A stretch of 64,000 nucleotides of DNA from Nitrosopumilus sp. (GCA_965214775.1 OZ243974.1:2240001-2304000), one strand, 5' to 3'; counted from the stretch's first letter, positions 29,164 to 40,414 are shown. Notes: generated by a model not told the origin, from the letters alone. Numbers and translations are program-made.

Positions 29164-30021
29164 TTGGATTTTTCCATGGATAAAATCAAGCAGAATTCCC
29201 CGGTGTTGTTTTACTTTAACAACTCTAAAAAATGGCTTGTCAAGGTTTCAAGGAAGGAATCCCTTCACACTCACATCGGCGTTATAAAACATTCTGATGC
29301 TATTGGAAAAGAGTATGGATCTAGGCTGGTCACAAACAAGGACAAGTATGTCTATCTTCTCAAACCAACAATGTATGACTATGTCATGAAAATTCAGCAC
29401 GGTACCCAGATTGTTTATCCAAAGGATCTGGGATACATTGTTGCCAGAGCTGGGATTGGAAGCGGGCAAAAGATTTTAGAAATAGGCACCGGAAGTGGCT
29501 CCTTGACCTCCTTTGTCGCAAGTATTGTAAAGCCAAGAGGTCACGTATACACATTTGACGTAGATGAAAAATTTATGAAAATTGCTGAAAAAAACATCGA
29601 AAAAGCCAGGGTCTCAAAATATGTAACCCAGCATAATCTTGATCTGAAGACTGCAAAGAAAATGCCGCTAAGCGACATGGATGCTGCATTGGTTGATTTG
29701 GGCGATCCCTGGGAGGTAGTTCCGCAAGTGCGTAAGATGCTAAAGGGCAGCGGCGCAATTTTTGCAGTTTGCCCTACGATGAACCAGCTAGAAAAACTGA
29801 CTGCGGCTTTGGTAGAAAACGAGTTTACTGATATTGAATCCACAGAACACATTCTGAGAACCATCGAAGCTCGTGAAGGCAAAACACGGCATTCTTTCCA
29901 AGGAATTGGCCATACTGCATACCTCTGTTTTGCAAGAAAAGCTTTCTTTGAGCGCAACAGTTCTGAAAAATCCGCAAAAAAACCCGGCGCCAAAACAGCA
30001 AAAAAGACCTCAAAACCCTAG
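29164..30021 (+). CDS. trmI: tRNA (adenine-N1)-methyltransferase
   Basis: TQIVYPKD, EIGTGSGSLT, DLGDPW, GHTAYL. Confidence 0.93.
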   Translation: MDFSMDKIKQNSPVLFYFNNSKKWLVKVSRKESLHTHIGVIKHSDAIGKEYGSRLVTNKDKYVYLLKPTMYDYVMKIQHGTQIVYPKDLGYIVARAGIGSGQKILEIGTGSGSLTSFVASIVKPRGHVYTFDVDEKFMKIAEKNIEKARVSKYVTQHNLDLKTAKKMPLSDMDAALVDLGDPWEVVPQVRKMLKGSGAIFAVCPTMNQLEKLTAALVENEFTDIESTEHILRTIEAREGKTRHSFQGIGHTAYLCFARKAFFERNSSEKSAKKPGAKTAKKTSKP

Positions 30022-30068
30022 TTTTAAAACAAGATTTATCCGTCTGGTTTTTAGTCAAACAGTAGGAA

Positions 30069-30932
30069 TTGGCCAGAAAGAACCTCACCTCGTCAATTGT
30101 TAAAAAAATGATTCCTGCCCGAAAGGCCGGATCTAGAAAGGGTGATAACGGAACAGTTCTGGTTGTCGGAGGCAGCTACATTTATCATGGCGCCCCTGTA
30201 CTGTCTTCGATTGCGGCCCTGAGATGCGGAACCGATCTGGTCTATACTTCGGTTCCAAAAATCAACGTATCTTCAACTCGTTCAGTTTCTCCAAATCTGA
30301 TCGTATTGCCTCTAGTTGATCAAAAACTTACCCGGGGCGCAGTCACCAAACTGCTTGGAACATTGCCCAGAAACCTTGATTCTGCAGCGATCGGAATGGG
30401 CTTGGCTGTTCAAGAAAAAAACGCGTTGCTGCATATGGTCAAATCCCTGCTGGACGGGGATGTCCGTTTATCCCTGGATGCCAGTGCATTGATTCCCGAA
30501 GTCTTGCCATTGCTTGCAAACAAAAATGTTGTTGTCACTCCTCATGCAGGCGAATTCAAACGGTTGTTTGGCGTTTCCCCCCCAAATTCCAAAGAAGAGC
30601 GAACCATACTTGTCGAAAAAATGGCAAAGGAATTTGGAGTTACGATTTTGCTTAAAGGACCAGCCGATGTCATTTCCAATGGGCAGACTACCTATCTTTA
30701 TGAAAAAAAAACTCCCGGAATGACCGTGGGCGGAACCGGGGATGTCCTGTCCGGCCTGGTTGCAGGAATGCTTTCCAGAAATAGAAATGCCGTAGAGTCT
30801 GCAGCGTCTGCTGCCTTTATTAACGGCCTTGCAGGAAAAGCGGTTCAAAAGAAATTCGGCTTGCATATGACTTCGATGGACTTGCTTGATGAGCTTCCAT
30901 TTGTCATGAAGGCATTTGATAGGATCGTGTGA
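30069..30932 (+). CDS. nnrD: ADP-dependent NAD(P)H-hydrate dehydratase
   Basis: KGDNG.VLVVGGS..Y.GAP, TPHAGEF, GGTGDVLSG. Confidence 0.93.
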   Translation: MARKNLTSSIVKKMIPARKAGSRKGDNGTVLVVGGSYIYHGAPVLSSIAALRCGTDLVYTSVPKINVSSTRSVSPNLIVLPLVDQKLTRGAVTKLLGTLPRNLDSAAIGMGLAVQEKNALLHMVKSLLDGDVRLSLDASALIPEVLPLLANKNVVVTPHAGEFKRLFGVSPPNSKEERTILVEKMAKEFGVTILLKGPADVISNGQTTYLYEKKTPGMTVGGTGDVLSGLVAGMLSRNRNAVESAASAAFINGLAGKAVQKKFGLHMTSMDLLDELPFVMKAFDRIV

Positions 30933-32302
30933 GAAAAATGGATCCCTCAAGGTATGTCGACTCTCATATGGATGAGTTGATCTCTGATCTGCAGAGATTA
31001 ATTCAGCAGCCAAGCGTTTCTGCAAAAAACCAGGGAATTGAAGAGTGTGCCGTATTGGTACAAAAAATGCTGCAAAAAGCCGGAGTGAAATCTGAATTAC
31101 TTCGATTAAAGAAAGGCATATCTCCGATTGTTTTTGGGGAAATTAAATCGAAAAACAATCCGTCTAAAACCCTGCTGTTTTACAATCATTATGACGTTCA
31201 GCCTGCAGAACCATTTGATTTGTGGGATGACCCTCCTTTCAGCGGAAAAAGAAAGGGAAACAAAATTTTTGGAAGAGGTGCGACTGATGACAAAGGCGAG
31301 CTAATTACAAGAATCAGGGCAGTGGAATCCTGTCTGAAAACTACCGGCGATGTTCCTTGTAACGTCAAATTTGTCATTGAGGGTGAGGAAGAAACAGGAA
31401 GTGCCCACATTGAACAATATCTGAAAAAATACAAAAAAAAATTTGCCTGTGATGGTGTAGTCTGGGAGTTTGGATACGTTGATGCAAAGAATCGGCCAAT
31501 AATCGGACTTGGAATGAAAGGACTGCTCTTCGTTGAGTTGTCCGTTACAGAATCGACCCGTGATGCCCATTCTAGTTTGGCCGTTCTGATAAAAAACCCT
31601 GCATGGAGGCTGATGCAAGCTGTAAGAACCATTCGAGACGACGATGGCAAGATTTTGATCAAGGATTGGTACAAGGAGGTCGTTCCTCTGTCAAAAAAGG
31701 ATCTTGAGTTAATCAAAGATGAGCCATTTGATGAAAAATCCTTCCAAAAAGAGTTTGGAATCACGTCTTTTGTAGGAAACAAGAGGGGAATCGAAGCTAA
31801 AAAGGCACTTGTTGCAGGCGCCACTTGTAATGTTGCAGGATTTGTTTCCGGATACACCGGTCAAGGGGCAAAAACCGTTCTTCCTGGAGATGCATTGGCA
31901 AAAATTGACTTTAGACTGGTTCCAAAAATGGATCCTCAAAAGCAAGTAATGCGGTTAAAAAAACACTTGAAGTCAAAAGGATTCCCTGATGTCAGGATCA
32001 AGGTTTTTCATGGAGAGGCAGCAGCTAGAACTGATTCTTCAGAGCCCCTTGTACAAAATGTCAGGGACGCTGCAGACAAATCATATGGTAGCAGCGGCGG
32101 TAAATCCATTCTGAACGTTTCAAATGCTGGAACCGGCCCGATGCATCCCTTTGTTGAAATTCTAAAGGCGCCGTGCATCTCAATTGGCAGCACCTACGTG
32201 TTTTCAAGGATACATTCCCCAAACGAATTTGCACGTGTTGATCTGTTGAGAAAGACTACAAAATGCATTTGCCTGATAATGGAAAATTTTGGAAAATCCT
32301 AG
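30929..32302 (+). CDS. M20-family metallopeptidase/deacylase
   Basis: HYDVQP, GRGATDDKG, EGEEE, HSPNE. Confidence 0.93.
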   Translation: MRKMDPSRYVDSHMDELISDLQRLIQQPSVSAKNQGIEECAVLVQKMLQKAGVKSELLRLKKGISPIVFGEIKSKNNPSKTLLFYNHYDVQPAEPFDLWDDPPFSGKRKGNKIFGRGATDDKGELITRIRAVESCLKTTGDVPCNVKFVIEGEEETGSAHIEQYLKKYKKKFACDGVVWEFGYVDAKNRPIIGLGMKGLLFVELSVTESTRDAHSSLAVLIKNPAWRLMQAVRTIRDDDGKILIKDWYKEVVPLSKKDLELIKDEPFDEKSFQKEFGITSFVGNKRGIEAKKALVAGATCNVAGFVSGYTGQGAKTVLPGDALAKIDFRLVPKMDPQKQVMRLKKHLKSKGFPDVRIKVFHGEAAARTDSSEPLVQNVRDAADKSYGSSGGKSILNVSNAGTGPMHPFVEILKAPCISIGSTYVFSRIHSPNEFARVDLLRKTTKCICLIMENFGKS

Positions 32303-32715
32303 TGAAGGCATCTGGGAATCTTTTTGACTGCTTGAACTAGCGACACTCTTCCTGGACCTGCAATCATGATTACTAGGGATGCTGCAAGCAAGATCACATC
32401 GAACTCTACTCCTCTGTCTCCTGTCATGCTTTGGGCCCCCTTGACATGGAAAATTGCGCCTAGCATAACTATGGAAAGCAACGCCCCTGAAAATCTACTA
32501 AGAACCCCGATTATCATCAAAACCCCTGGAACCACTTCTGCAAGTGCGATTGGAATTTGCATTTCCGGTGGCAATCCCATGTTTGGCAAGGCGTTTGCAA
32601 ACCCTGGATTGAATTTCATCATTCCATGAAGGATAAAGATCACTCCGATAGATGATCTCAAACCCATAAAGACAGCGTCGTTGAGAACCATTGCCTTTAT
32701 CTCTGCTGTAGCCAT
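32299..32715 (-). CDS. DoxX-family membrane protein
   Basis: FILHG..K, AE…G…R, GPGRVSL. Confidence 0.88.
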   Translation of the reverse strand: MATAEIKAMVLNDAVFMGLRSSIGVIFILHGMMKFNPGFANALPNMGLPPEMQIPIALAEVVPGVLMIIGVLSRFSGALLSIVMLGAIFHVKGAQSMTGDRGVEFDVILLAASLVIMIAGPGRVSLVQAVKKIPRCLH

Positions 32716-32810
32716 ACAATGTTGATTATCTTTTCAGTATAATTGTTTTACTCATATATTTATCATATATTGTCGAAAGCCCTTTATTATACAAACAAAA
32801 CATTTGAAAT

Positions 32811-33407
32811 ATGTCAATGTACATGCCGGGGGCAACTGCCGTTGGAATCACTTTTGATGGAGGAGTCGTTTTTGCAAGCGAAAAAAGGATCGCATTTGGA
32901 AACTTTCTTGTAAGCAAATCGACCAAAAAGACGTTTCCCATCACTCATAAAGTCGGTGCAACATGTGCCGGACTAGTTGCCGACATGCAAATCCTGTCAC
33001 TACAGATTTCAGCTCTGGCTAAAATCAGAAAAATGGAGCTAAAAAGAGACGTTCCTCCAAATACCGTGGCCAAAATGATGTCAAATATGATGTATGAGAG
33101 ACGATACTTTCCATTATTGACTCAGGTAATTGTCGGCGGTGTTGTAGACAAGCCAATCATGTATACCTTGGATCCCCTGGGTTCGGTTCTGCCAGATGAC
33201 TATGCTGCAGTTGGAACCGGCGCTGAAATGGCATTAGGTGTTTTGGATCCGCAGTTCAAACCAAACATGTCCAAAGACGAGGCAGTCGATTTGGCAAAGC
33301 GCGCAGTCAAATCTGCCTCTTTGAGAGACTCTGCTAGCGGTGATGGCCTGGATGTCCTAGTCATTACAAATGAAGGGACAGAGGAATTTACGGAGCCTAT
33401 CAACTAG
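32811..33407 (+). CDS. psmB: Proteasome beta subunit (GATAVG, catalytic Thr absent)
   Basis: AGLVAD, LDPLGS, GTGAEMA, RDSASGD. Confidence 0.93.
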   Translation: MSMYMPGATAVGITFDGGVVFASEKRIAFGNFLVSKSTKKTFPITHKVGATCAGLVADMQILSLQISALAKIRKMELKRDVPPNTVAKMMSNMMYERRYFPLLTQVIVGGVVDKPIMYTLDPLGSVLPDDYAAVGTGAEMALGVLDPQFKPNMSKDEAVDLAKRAVKSASLRDSASGDGLDVLVITNEGTEEFTEPIN

Positions 33408-33880
33408 TCATATATGGTTTTTCCAATCTCCCAAAACCTGTCTGATATGTAGTGTAAATTTTTCAAAGCCTCCCCTTTGTCCATTGTTTCTAACTCGGAA
33501 CTAGAAACCATTGATTTTCCCACAGCCAAAAACTTGTGTTGAGATTCTTCAACAACACAAACCAGTCTGTCTTTTTCAAACTCTGAAAAGCTCTTGATGC
33601 CTGGCCTCATTACGTTGGCTCCCTTGCACATGAATTTGACTGCGCCCATGTCTACTATGACGCTTGGGAATTTTTCCAACATCTCTGTTTCTGAAAGAAA
33701 TGGCAGATAATCCTCGTTAATTTTTAAAATTTTTACTCCTCTGCCTGTAATGAGCTGTGCATCATCTGTAATTTGGTGCATCTTGAGATTTTTGTTCTTG
33801 GGAAATTCAATTCCCCATTTTTCTGAGACTGCCTTGGTGAGCGCCAAAGTCTCACTCTTTGAAATCAAATTTGATTTCAA
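33404..33880 (-). CDS. PUA-domain RNA-binding protein (Tma20/MCT-1-like)
   Basis: VDMGAVKF..KGANVMRPGI, LHYISD. Confidence 0.88.
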   Translation of the reverse strand: MKSNLISKSETLALTKAVSEKWGIEFPKNKNLKMHQITDDAQLITGRGVKILKINEDYLPFLSETEMLEKFPSVIVDMGAVKFMCKGANVMRPGIKSFSEFEKDRLVCVVEESQHKFLAVGKSMVSSSELETMDKGEALKNLHYISDRFWEIGKTIYD

Positions 33881-34887
33881 GTTCCTGCCATCTCTTTTCT
33901 AATGTCTAGCAAGTCTCTCAGAATTGAACTGGCAGTTTCCATGCCTCCGGCGCCCCTGCCGATGATTGTTTGCGTGCCTGAATGCTCAGACGTAAACGCA
34001 ATTGCGTTTAGGGTTCCGTTAACGCCTAACGGATCCTCGTTTGGGACATGGATTGGGCCTACCGTAAGATCTTTGTCACATGATGCAACCAGTTTCACTG
34101 AACAGTTGTCTTTGGCGGCGTTTTTGATGTCGTCAGTTGTGACCCTTCTTATTCCTGTACAATTAATGTCTGGCAACGTAACTTTCATCCCCATGATCCA
34201 ATTTGCCAAGATTACTAGTTTTGCAGCTGCATCCCATCCATCCAAATCCAGTGATTCGTCTGCTTCGACATATCCCCTGTCTTTGGCGTCTTTTAGCGCT
34301 TCATCAAACGACAATCCTGCAGCCATATTTGTCAGGATATAGTTGGTCGTTCCATTTAGAATTCCTGCAAACGATATGATTCTCTCGCCGCTGAGGCTGT
34401 TTTTTGCATAATCCAGAATCGGGGTGCCTCCTCCTACGGTGCCGCTAAATTTGAACATGACCTGGTTGTATGTGGCAAGTTCCATCAGTGATGGAAATGC
34501 AAGTGCCAAGGGCCCCTTGTTCACCGAGATTACGTGCATACCTTTTCTCATTGCAGTTGTAATGTGGGTCATTCCAGGCTCCGCATCCTTGTAATTGCTT
34601 GCAGTTGTCTCAATTAGGACGTCTGCCTCGACATTTTTGAGCATTTCGACTCCTGTCATTGAATTTTTTGTACTTGCATAATTTTTGACGGTTCCAAACT
34701 CTTTCTTTACTTTTACAAGTTTGTTAAATTCCAACCCTGAAGAATCAACGGCACTTCCTTTGCTATCAAAGACCCCTACAACCCTTGGTTTTAACCCGTA
34801 TTTTGCATACAGATCTTCTGCTCTGGAATCAAACAGCTTGACTAGGCTCTGGCCAACAACGCCAAAGCCACATAATATGATCCTCAA
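33877..34887 (-). CDS. hom: Homoserine dehydrogenase
   Basis: GFGVVG, NKGP, TVGGGTP, GILNGTTN, GRGAGG. Confidence 0.95.
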   Translation of the reverse strand: MRIILCGFGVVGQSLVKLFDSRAEDLYAKYGLKPRVVGVFDSKGSAVDSSGLEFNKLVKVKKEFGTVKNYASTKNSMTGVEMLKNVEADVLIETTASNYKDAEPGMTHITTAMRKGMHVISVNKGPLALAFPSLMELATYNQVMFKFSGTVGGGTPILDYAKNSLSGERIISFAGILNGTTNYILTNMAAGLSFDEALKDAKDRGYVEADESLDLDGWDAAAKLVILANWIMGMKVTLPDINCTGIRRVTTDDIKNAAKDNCSVKLVASCDKDLTVGPIHVPNEDPLGVNGTLNAIAFTSEHSGTQTIIGRGAGGMETASSILRDLLDIRKEMAGT

Positions 34888-34966
34888 ACCGTATCATCAT
34901 TCCTTTTGATTGTGATTGATTTGTTCATTGCGTGGCCTCGATTTTCTTATCATTGATGGTGTTTTA

Positions 34967-35416
34967 TTAATAATTTTTGGATTGGGATGTTGTTTCTTCC
35001 CCTTCCCCTTCCCCTCCCCCTTCATCCTTTTCATGTCTGAGGGAAATTGAATTGATGCAATATCTCAAATTTGTTGGATTTGGCCCGTCATCAAACACAT
35101 GTCCAAGATGTGCCCCGCACTTGCTGCAGTTTACTTCTGTGCGCACCATTCCGTATGATGTGTCAGAGACGTACTCGATTTTTTCATCATCAATCGGTTT
35201 CCAAAAGCTTGGCCACCCTGAACCCGAATCAAATTTTGATTCAGACGAAAACAACTCTTCCCCGCAGCATGTGCACTTGTAGGATCCTTCTAGTTTGGTA
35301 TGGTTGTATTTTCCAGAGAATGGTGGCTCTGTTCCGTGATTGATACAGATCTCGTATTGATCAGGAGTAAGCTCTTTTTTCCACTGGTCCGGGGATTTGG
35401 AAATTTTCTCTGCCAT
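34967..35416 (-). CDS. msrB: Peptide-methionine (R)-sulfoxide reductase
   Basis: [30 protein letters not shown]. Confidence 0.97.
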   Translation of the reverse strand: MAEKISKSPDQWKKELTPDQYEICINHGTEPPFSGKYNHTKLEGSYKCTCCGEELFSSESKFDSGSGWPSFWKPIDDEKIEYVSDTSYGMVRTEVNCSKCGAHLGHVFDDGPNPTNLRYCINSISLRHEKDEGGGEGEGEETTSQSKNY

Positions 35417-36085
35417 GGTAGTTTGATGTAGGCTTTGGCGTATTAGACTTTATGCGTAATCGACCGTGATTAAAAATTCCGTAGGCTTTTCCAAACGCAA
35501 ATGCGCTGATCGGATCAAATTACCGCATGCATCTCGTGTCATGACGCACGTAAAAGCCAGTTGCGCCAAAAGAACGTGCGCAACCATGCAGCACGGCAAT
35601 GTGCCCCGTTGACAAGTCAGAAAGAATGGCGGTCCGTACCGCCGTATGTCATGTGTCTGGCAGCAGATGCAGCTGCTGCAGCAGCTGGCCATAGTATTTT
35701 TTCCTTTTCAACATCGTCTTGAGGTTCTCAAGACCCGTGATTATCTGCATGAAATAATTGAGATCCTTGGCAGTTCCGCCAAACGGCATGGTAAGAATGC
35801 CATATCTTTTGAGCCGCCCTATGTGGTGCTCCACCCTGACGCGAACCCTGCTTATCTGCTTGCGGCGCCTCTTTTGCGTTGCAGTAAGATCCCCGTCCCT
35901 GGGCTTCTTTGGGGGCTGCCTGTTAGTCAATTCATAAAAAAACGAACAATTTTGACAACTGCTTTTGATCCAAACATTAAGATCAGGCAAACCATCGCAC
36001 ATGCATGGGAAAACAGGTAGAATTCGCAACATCAAGGGACAAATTCCTAGGCAAGCAAAGCACTCACGTCTTCGCAAGGCGTACT

Positions 36086-36218
36086 AGACCCGACAGTATG
36101 GAACACGACAGTTGTTGTGGCAGTAGTTAATTCGTGCATGGGGGGTTTGACATACTGCCACACAAGACCCGACAGTATGGAACACGACAGTTGTTGTTGC
36201 TGCTGCTGCTGCAGTAGT
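36086..36218. repeat. Direct repeat (33 bp exact, then gcagtagt) around a 37-bp unique segment, just 3' of the transposase gene
   Basis: agacccgacagtatggaacacgacagttgttgt at 36086 and 36165. Confidence 0.9.
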
Positions 36219-37327
36219 CAGCCCATCAAATATCGGAACATCTTTACCGGTAGGATCTCTCCACTGGCAAACATCTTCCGCACGGACTGCTCCATCTCAT
36301 CAAGCGTATCAAACATCTTGGCAGACAGCCTCCGCTTTATCTCCCTCCACTGTATCTCTACAGGATTGAGCTCCGGCGTGTGCGGCGGCAGGTACTTCAG
36401 TATTATCTCGCCCTTGTACTTTTCCAGCATCTCCCTTACGCCGACAGACTTGTGGTATGACGCATTATCCAGGAATATCAACACCTTTCCGTACTTTTCG
36501 TGCACCTTTTCCAAAAAGTCGCAAAAGCTGTCGGTGTTGGTCTTGTCATAGAACATATAGTAGAATATGTTAACTGCCAGCACGCCGAACATGTACCGGC
36601 GCTGCCGTGACAGCGTCAAGGGCGCCGTGACGCTCATGCCGCGCCTGAGCCACCCGTGTTTGGGGCTGTTTGAGGTCTTTTGTATGGATGACTCGTCTTC
36701 TGCCAGTACCGTATACCCTTGCGCCTCCTTTTCCCGTATCAGCTCTTGGGATGCCTCCTTGAACTCGTTCTGCTTTTGTTTTGAGACGGCCTTTGGGTTC
36801 TTTGGCCTCGGCTTCCTCCATGAGAACCCAAGCTCGCGTGCCAGCAGCCGCGTGCCGCTCTTGCTGTATTCTATGCCGAACTTCTTTTTGATGTGCCGTC
36901 TCATCAGGCCCGAGTCCCACAGGCTGCTCTCAAAACCGCACTCCTCGGATCCTGACTTGAGATCCGCTGCAAGCTGTTTCAGCTGCGACTCACTCAGCTT
37001 GTGCTTGCGTCCCCTGCCTGGCCGCTCGTGCCTTGCACGTATTCCCTCGTCCTGTGCGCGGATGAGCCACTTGGATATGGTGGAATGTGCCCGGTCGAGG
37101 TTCTTTGCTATCTGTTCCACACCGAGGTCGTCCTTGCGCTGCATGTATGCAAGCAGCCTGTCGCGCTTTCTCTTGTCTGTCTCCTTTTTGTATGCCTTGT
37201 GCAGGTAGGAGCGTGACGTATTTGGCAGGAATTTGCTTCCTGATGCTACGAATTCCTTTCTCTGTCTGTCCATGCATATGCGTATTCCTTGCCTGATCTT
37301 AATGTTTGGATCAAAAATAGTTGTCAA
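36218..37327 (-). CDS. IS630-family transposase
   Basis: LGFSWRKPRP, EDES, LDNASYH, PELNPVE. Confidence 0.95.
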   Translation of the reverse strand: MTTIFDPNIKIRQGIRICMDRQRKEFVASGSKFLPNTSRSYLHKAYKKETDKRKRDRLLAYMQRKDDLGVEQIAKNLDRAHSTISKWLIRAQDEGIRARHERPGRGRKHKLSESQLKQLAADLKSGSEECGFESSLWDSGLMRRHIKKKFGIEYSKSGTRLLARELGFSWRKPRPKNPKAVSKQKQNEFKEASQELIREKEAQGYTVLAEDESSIQKTSNSPKHGWLRRGMSVTAPLTLSRQRRYMFGVLAVNIFYYMFYDKTNTDSFCDFLEKVHEKYGKVLIFLDNASYHKSVGVREMLEKYKGEIILKYLPPHTPELNPVEIQWREIKRRLSAKMFDTLDEMEQSVRKMFASGEILPVKMFRYLMG

Positions 37328-38454
37328 AATTGTTCTTTTTTTTATATGTTGACTATGTGTATGGCGCCCGGAAGCATCTTTTGAATGCCCTCAAATCCCA
37401 GGTCGCTGTAAATCACAAACGCCTCTTCCGGATCGTCTGCGTTTTTTGCATTCCTCATTGATCCGGTGTGCCTTCCAAAGTCCGGGCCGCCCCCTGCGTT
37501 CATCACGCCCTTGTCGTTGACGCTTCCGTCCACAGTCTTGCCGCAGTGCAGTATGAGGCCGTCCAGGTTCGAGGTAATTATCGTGTTGAACATGTGCCGC
37601 TTTTTTCTTCCCGAATATCTGGTCTTTCTTGCGGTCCTGTCCCCGGGCCTGTCTACCGGAGTCAGGGTGCCGTCAATCAGGAGCGTCTTTTTTGGGATCA
37701 GCACCTCCTCCAGCTTGCCTGCCGGGGTCTTGCAGATGATGCTTGTTAGCTTTTCGGAGGCAGGCAGGAGCCGGCGCAGTAACACGGCACCGTACCGGAG
37801 GTACCTGGACATTGTGGACTGGTCGACGTCAAACGTTGCGGCCAGATGATGCTGCGTTGCCTTGGTCCTTATGCTCATGAGTACTGCAAGCAGCGCGTGC
37901 CTGATGTACAGTTTGCACCGGTTTCCGGCATCGCCGCCTCTTACGTCGTCCTCCCAGAACAGGGGTCTGTCCTCGTCGTCCATGACTTCTTCCGTAAAGC
38001 GCTCCAGTATGATCGTAAATGACTCCTTTGTGCATCCCGTGACGTTGCAAAGGCGCACCGGATCGCCGATTATGCCGTCTGCAACCTCGATTGCGTGCAT
38101 CCGCAGAGGCGTCCCGCCGCGCACGACTCTTTTTGTCTTGTTTTCTTCGGACTGCCACAACGAGTCCTCAAACGCAAGCTGCTTCCTCATACGCTCGTTT
38201 TGCTTGGACATCTGTTTGTTTTGCTTGGATACCTGCTCGTGTTGCTCGACTAGCATCTCGTGTTGCTCGACTAGCATCTCGTGTTGCGCTTGTAACGCTT
38301 GAAATGCTTGGAGAGTCTTGTCATTTGAGCCCATACAGTTAGGGAATCATACAGATCTTTAGGGTTGTTGGTGTGCAAATAATGATCTATTGTGTCGTAT
38401 TTTTAGATCAGATGGGCCGATTACGCATAAAGTCTATTAGAACATTCTTCTATT

Positions 38455-40110
38455 TTATCTTCTTTGTCTCTTCCCTGTCTTTGTCTCTTTTCTTTTCTCT
38501 TCGGTTCTTTTTTCTGACTCGAATCTTTCCAAATCATATTCCTTCAAATCTACAAATTTCATTATCTGGCTTAGTTTTGGATGAACCCTGTCAATCTGGT
38601 GATACATTTGTTGAACAACTCTCCTGTAGTCTGCATGTCCCTGAGGAACGGTTCGTAATTCAATCAAGTGACATGCTTCTCTTAAATTGAATTTCATAAA
38701 ATATGGATAATTGTATGCAAAGTTTACAACATACTGCCCTTGCTCTGGATGTTTTTTTCTAATTTTTTCAAACGCATTTTTGGTATTGTCCATGCATTCC
38801 TTGAATTCTTTTTCTATTCCTAAAACCCTGATCTCATCTGGCATGTTGTATCCGTGGTCTGTAGTCAGCAACTGCCTTTCAAGCGTCAATACCCTGTGCC
38901 TGTGAAGATCCCTGAACATCCCAAAATTATTGCACAAATCAAACGTATAGTATACGCTTTCAAACGCCCTTGATGGCCTATGCCTCCTATTTGTTCGAAG
39001 CCCTGCAAACTCTTTGATGATTTTCTCTTTTTTAGAGACTGGCATCTTTTTTACCTGGGATAAGATATTTTGATATGATGTGCTTGGCGATTGCTCATAG
39101 ATTATGCCTGTAATGATTTTGTCAATTGCATTTTTTTCAGGCTCACAATCCACTAATTTTGTGATTGTCCCCTTGCTCGGGCTTGATTTAATCTGTTTTG
39201 AGACTGAGGCTGACTTTCTTTTGATGTCTCTTAGGTATTTTTGAAACGCTTTTCCGTATTCGCTGTCAACACGTCTGACAAATGACTTTATTGTCGCGTC
39301 AAGTTCTTTTTTGATTTTTGAGGCCAATTCCTGCTCTTCTTTGAGTTCAGATGAGCCTAAAACGGTTAGCAGATACTCAAAAGCTCTTCCGTTGCCTGTG
39401 ATCCCCACATTTGTCAAAGTCGATGCCGGCAGCAATCCTCTTAGGATATCAAGTGCTTTTGCTTTTGTCGAACCCTTGTAAATCATGTTTGCTGATTTGA
39501 TGTCACCTGCAACTTTTAATTTTGAGAAACTTTTTTCTTTTCCGTCCGTAGAATCCATGAAACCGTATTTTTCAATAGGATGCCTTTCCCGAACGTAGCT
39601 TACCATCGGCTCTATGTTTTTTGAATAAACATCAAATGAAAAATTACAAGCTTCCTCATACAAATCTCCAAACTTGGACTTTGTCAAATCGGGATCTCTG
39701 TAAAATCTATACCTTCCTTTTTCTTTTTTATTCCAAGCTACGTACCTTGATGATTTTTCCAAATATGACAGGCCGATCCTTCTGTCTTGAATTTTTTTTA
39801 CGGCAATGTTTGTCAGTCCCTCGATTGCGATTTGAGCTTCGCCAAGCTCTGAAACTGAGTCGTCGCCATATTCCAGCAGGACTCGATTGTAAAACTCTTC
39901 GCCCCTGTTTTTGTTTTTTAAAAACTCATCAAGAAAGATCCTTCTCATGCTTTTGTCCGTTCTGCTGTATCTTGACATGAGCGCACCTCGATCTACCTGC
40001 CTTGGCGTAGTGATTGCAAAAACACTGCCGTCAGTATTTGAAAAATGATCGGATAGAATGCTTCTTTCTTTGTTTGAAAATTCTGACAACATTAAAGCCA
40101 GGCTCTTCAA
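38455..40110 (-). CDS. thyX: FAD-dependent thymidylate synthase-like protein (long, two-domain form)
   Basis: [32 protein letters not shown]…GH..YR. Confidence 0.8.
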   Translation of the reverse strand: MKSLALMLSEFSNKERSILSDHFSNTDGSVFAITTPRQVDRGALMSRYSRTDKSMRRIFLDEFLKNKNRGEEFYNRVLLEYGDDSVSELGEAQIAIEGLTNIAVKKIQDRRIGLSYLEKSSRYVAWNKKEKGRYRFYRDPDLTKSKFGDLYEEACNFSFDVYSKNIEPMVSYVRERHPIEKYGFMDSTDGKEKSFSKLKVAGDIKSANMIYKGSTKAKALDILRGLLPASTLTNVGITGNGRAFEYLLTVLGSSELKEEQELASKIKKELDATIKSFVRRVDSEYGKAFQKYLRDIKRKSASVSKQIKSSPSKGTITKLVDCEPEKNAIDKIITGIIYEQSPSTSYQNILSQVKKMPVSKKEKIIKEFAGLRTNRRHRPSRAFESVYYTFDLCNNFGMFRDLHRHRVLTLERQLLTTDHGYNMPDEIRVLGIEKEFKECMDNTKNAFEKIRKKHPEQGQYVVNFAYNYPYFMKFNLREACHLIELRTVPQGHADYRRVVQQMYHQIDRVHPKLSQIMKFVDLKEYDLERFESEKRTEEKRKETKTGKRQRR

Positions 40111-40120
40111 TTATTAAATT

Positions 40121-40414
40121 CTATTTCTTTTTTCTTCCAATCTGGATTAGATCAGGACCGCCCTTGTCGATTTCGTTTCCCTTTTGCTGCCATCTGAACA
40201 AAACCTGTTTGAATGCCTCGGCGTCTTCCGGGTTTTCAGTATACATTGCAGTTGTAACCCAGTACCCGCCCTTGACAGTTCTTCCTCCAACGGAGTTCAT
40301 CCAGAAATCCCTTGGCAGGCCCTCTAATGCCTTGCTGTTTGGATCCTTTGTGACTTCGATCCATCTGTTTGCAATAAAGTCCAAAATCTGCTTGATTTCT
40401 TCTCTTTGAATCAT
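40121..40414 (-). CDS. Hypothetical protein
   Basis: 97-aa ORF co-oriented with thyX. Confidence 0.75.
   Translation of the reverse strand: MIQREEIKQILDFIANRWIEVTKDPNSKALEGLPRDFWMNSVGGRTVKGGYWVTTAMYTENPEDAEAFKQVLFRWQQKGNEIDKGGPDLIQIGRKKK

Larger units (their letters stand above)
35924..37355 (-). mobile_element. IS630-family element B, ends TAGTCAA…TTGACTA, ~160-bp imperfect TIRs, 3-bp TSD TGT
   Basis: The empty site is defined by the intact host copy (ctgcctgtgtatgg). Confidence 0.9.
35649..38334 (-). pseudogene. ISL2-like transposase split at …GAIH|RQPP by the IS630 insertion
   Basis: The two halves match the intact 416-aa copy. Confidence 0.93.
35445..38435 (-). mobile_element. IS5-family (ISL2/Harbinger-like) element copy 1, 3-bp TSD ATT, interrupted by an IS630
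   Basis: TIR agactttatgcgtaatcg; near-identical to 50147-51702. Confidence 0.93.

Noticed and set aside
28809-29183. 124-aa ORF upstream of trmI
   Set aside because: It starts inside nested MITEs and has no protein-like features.
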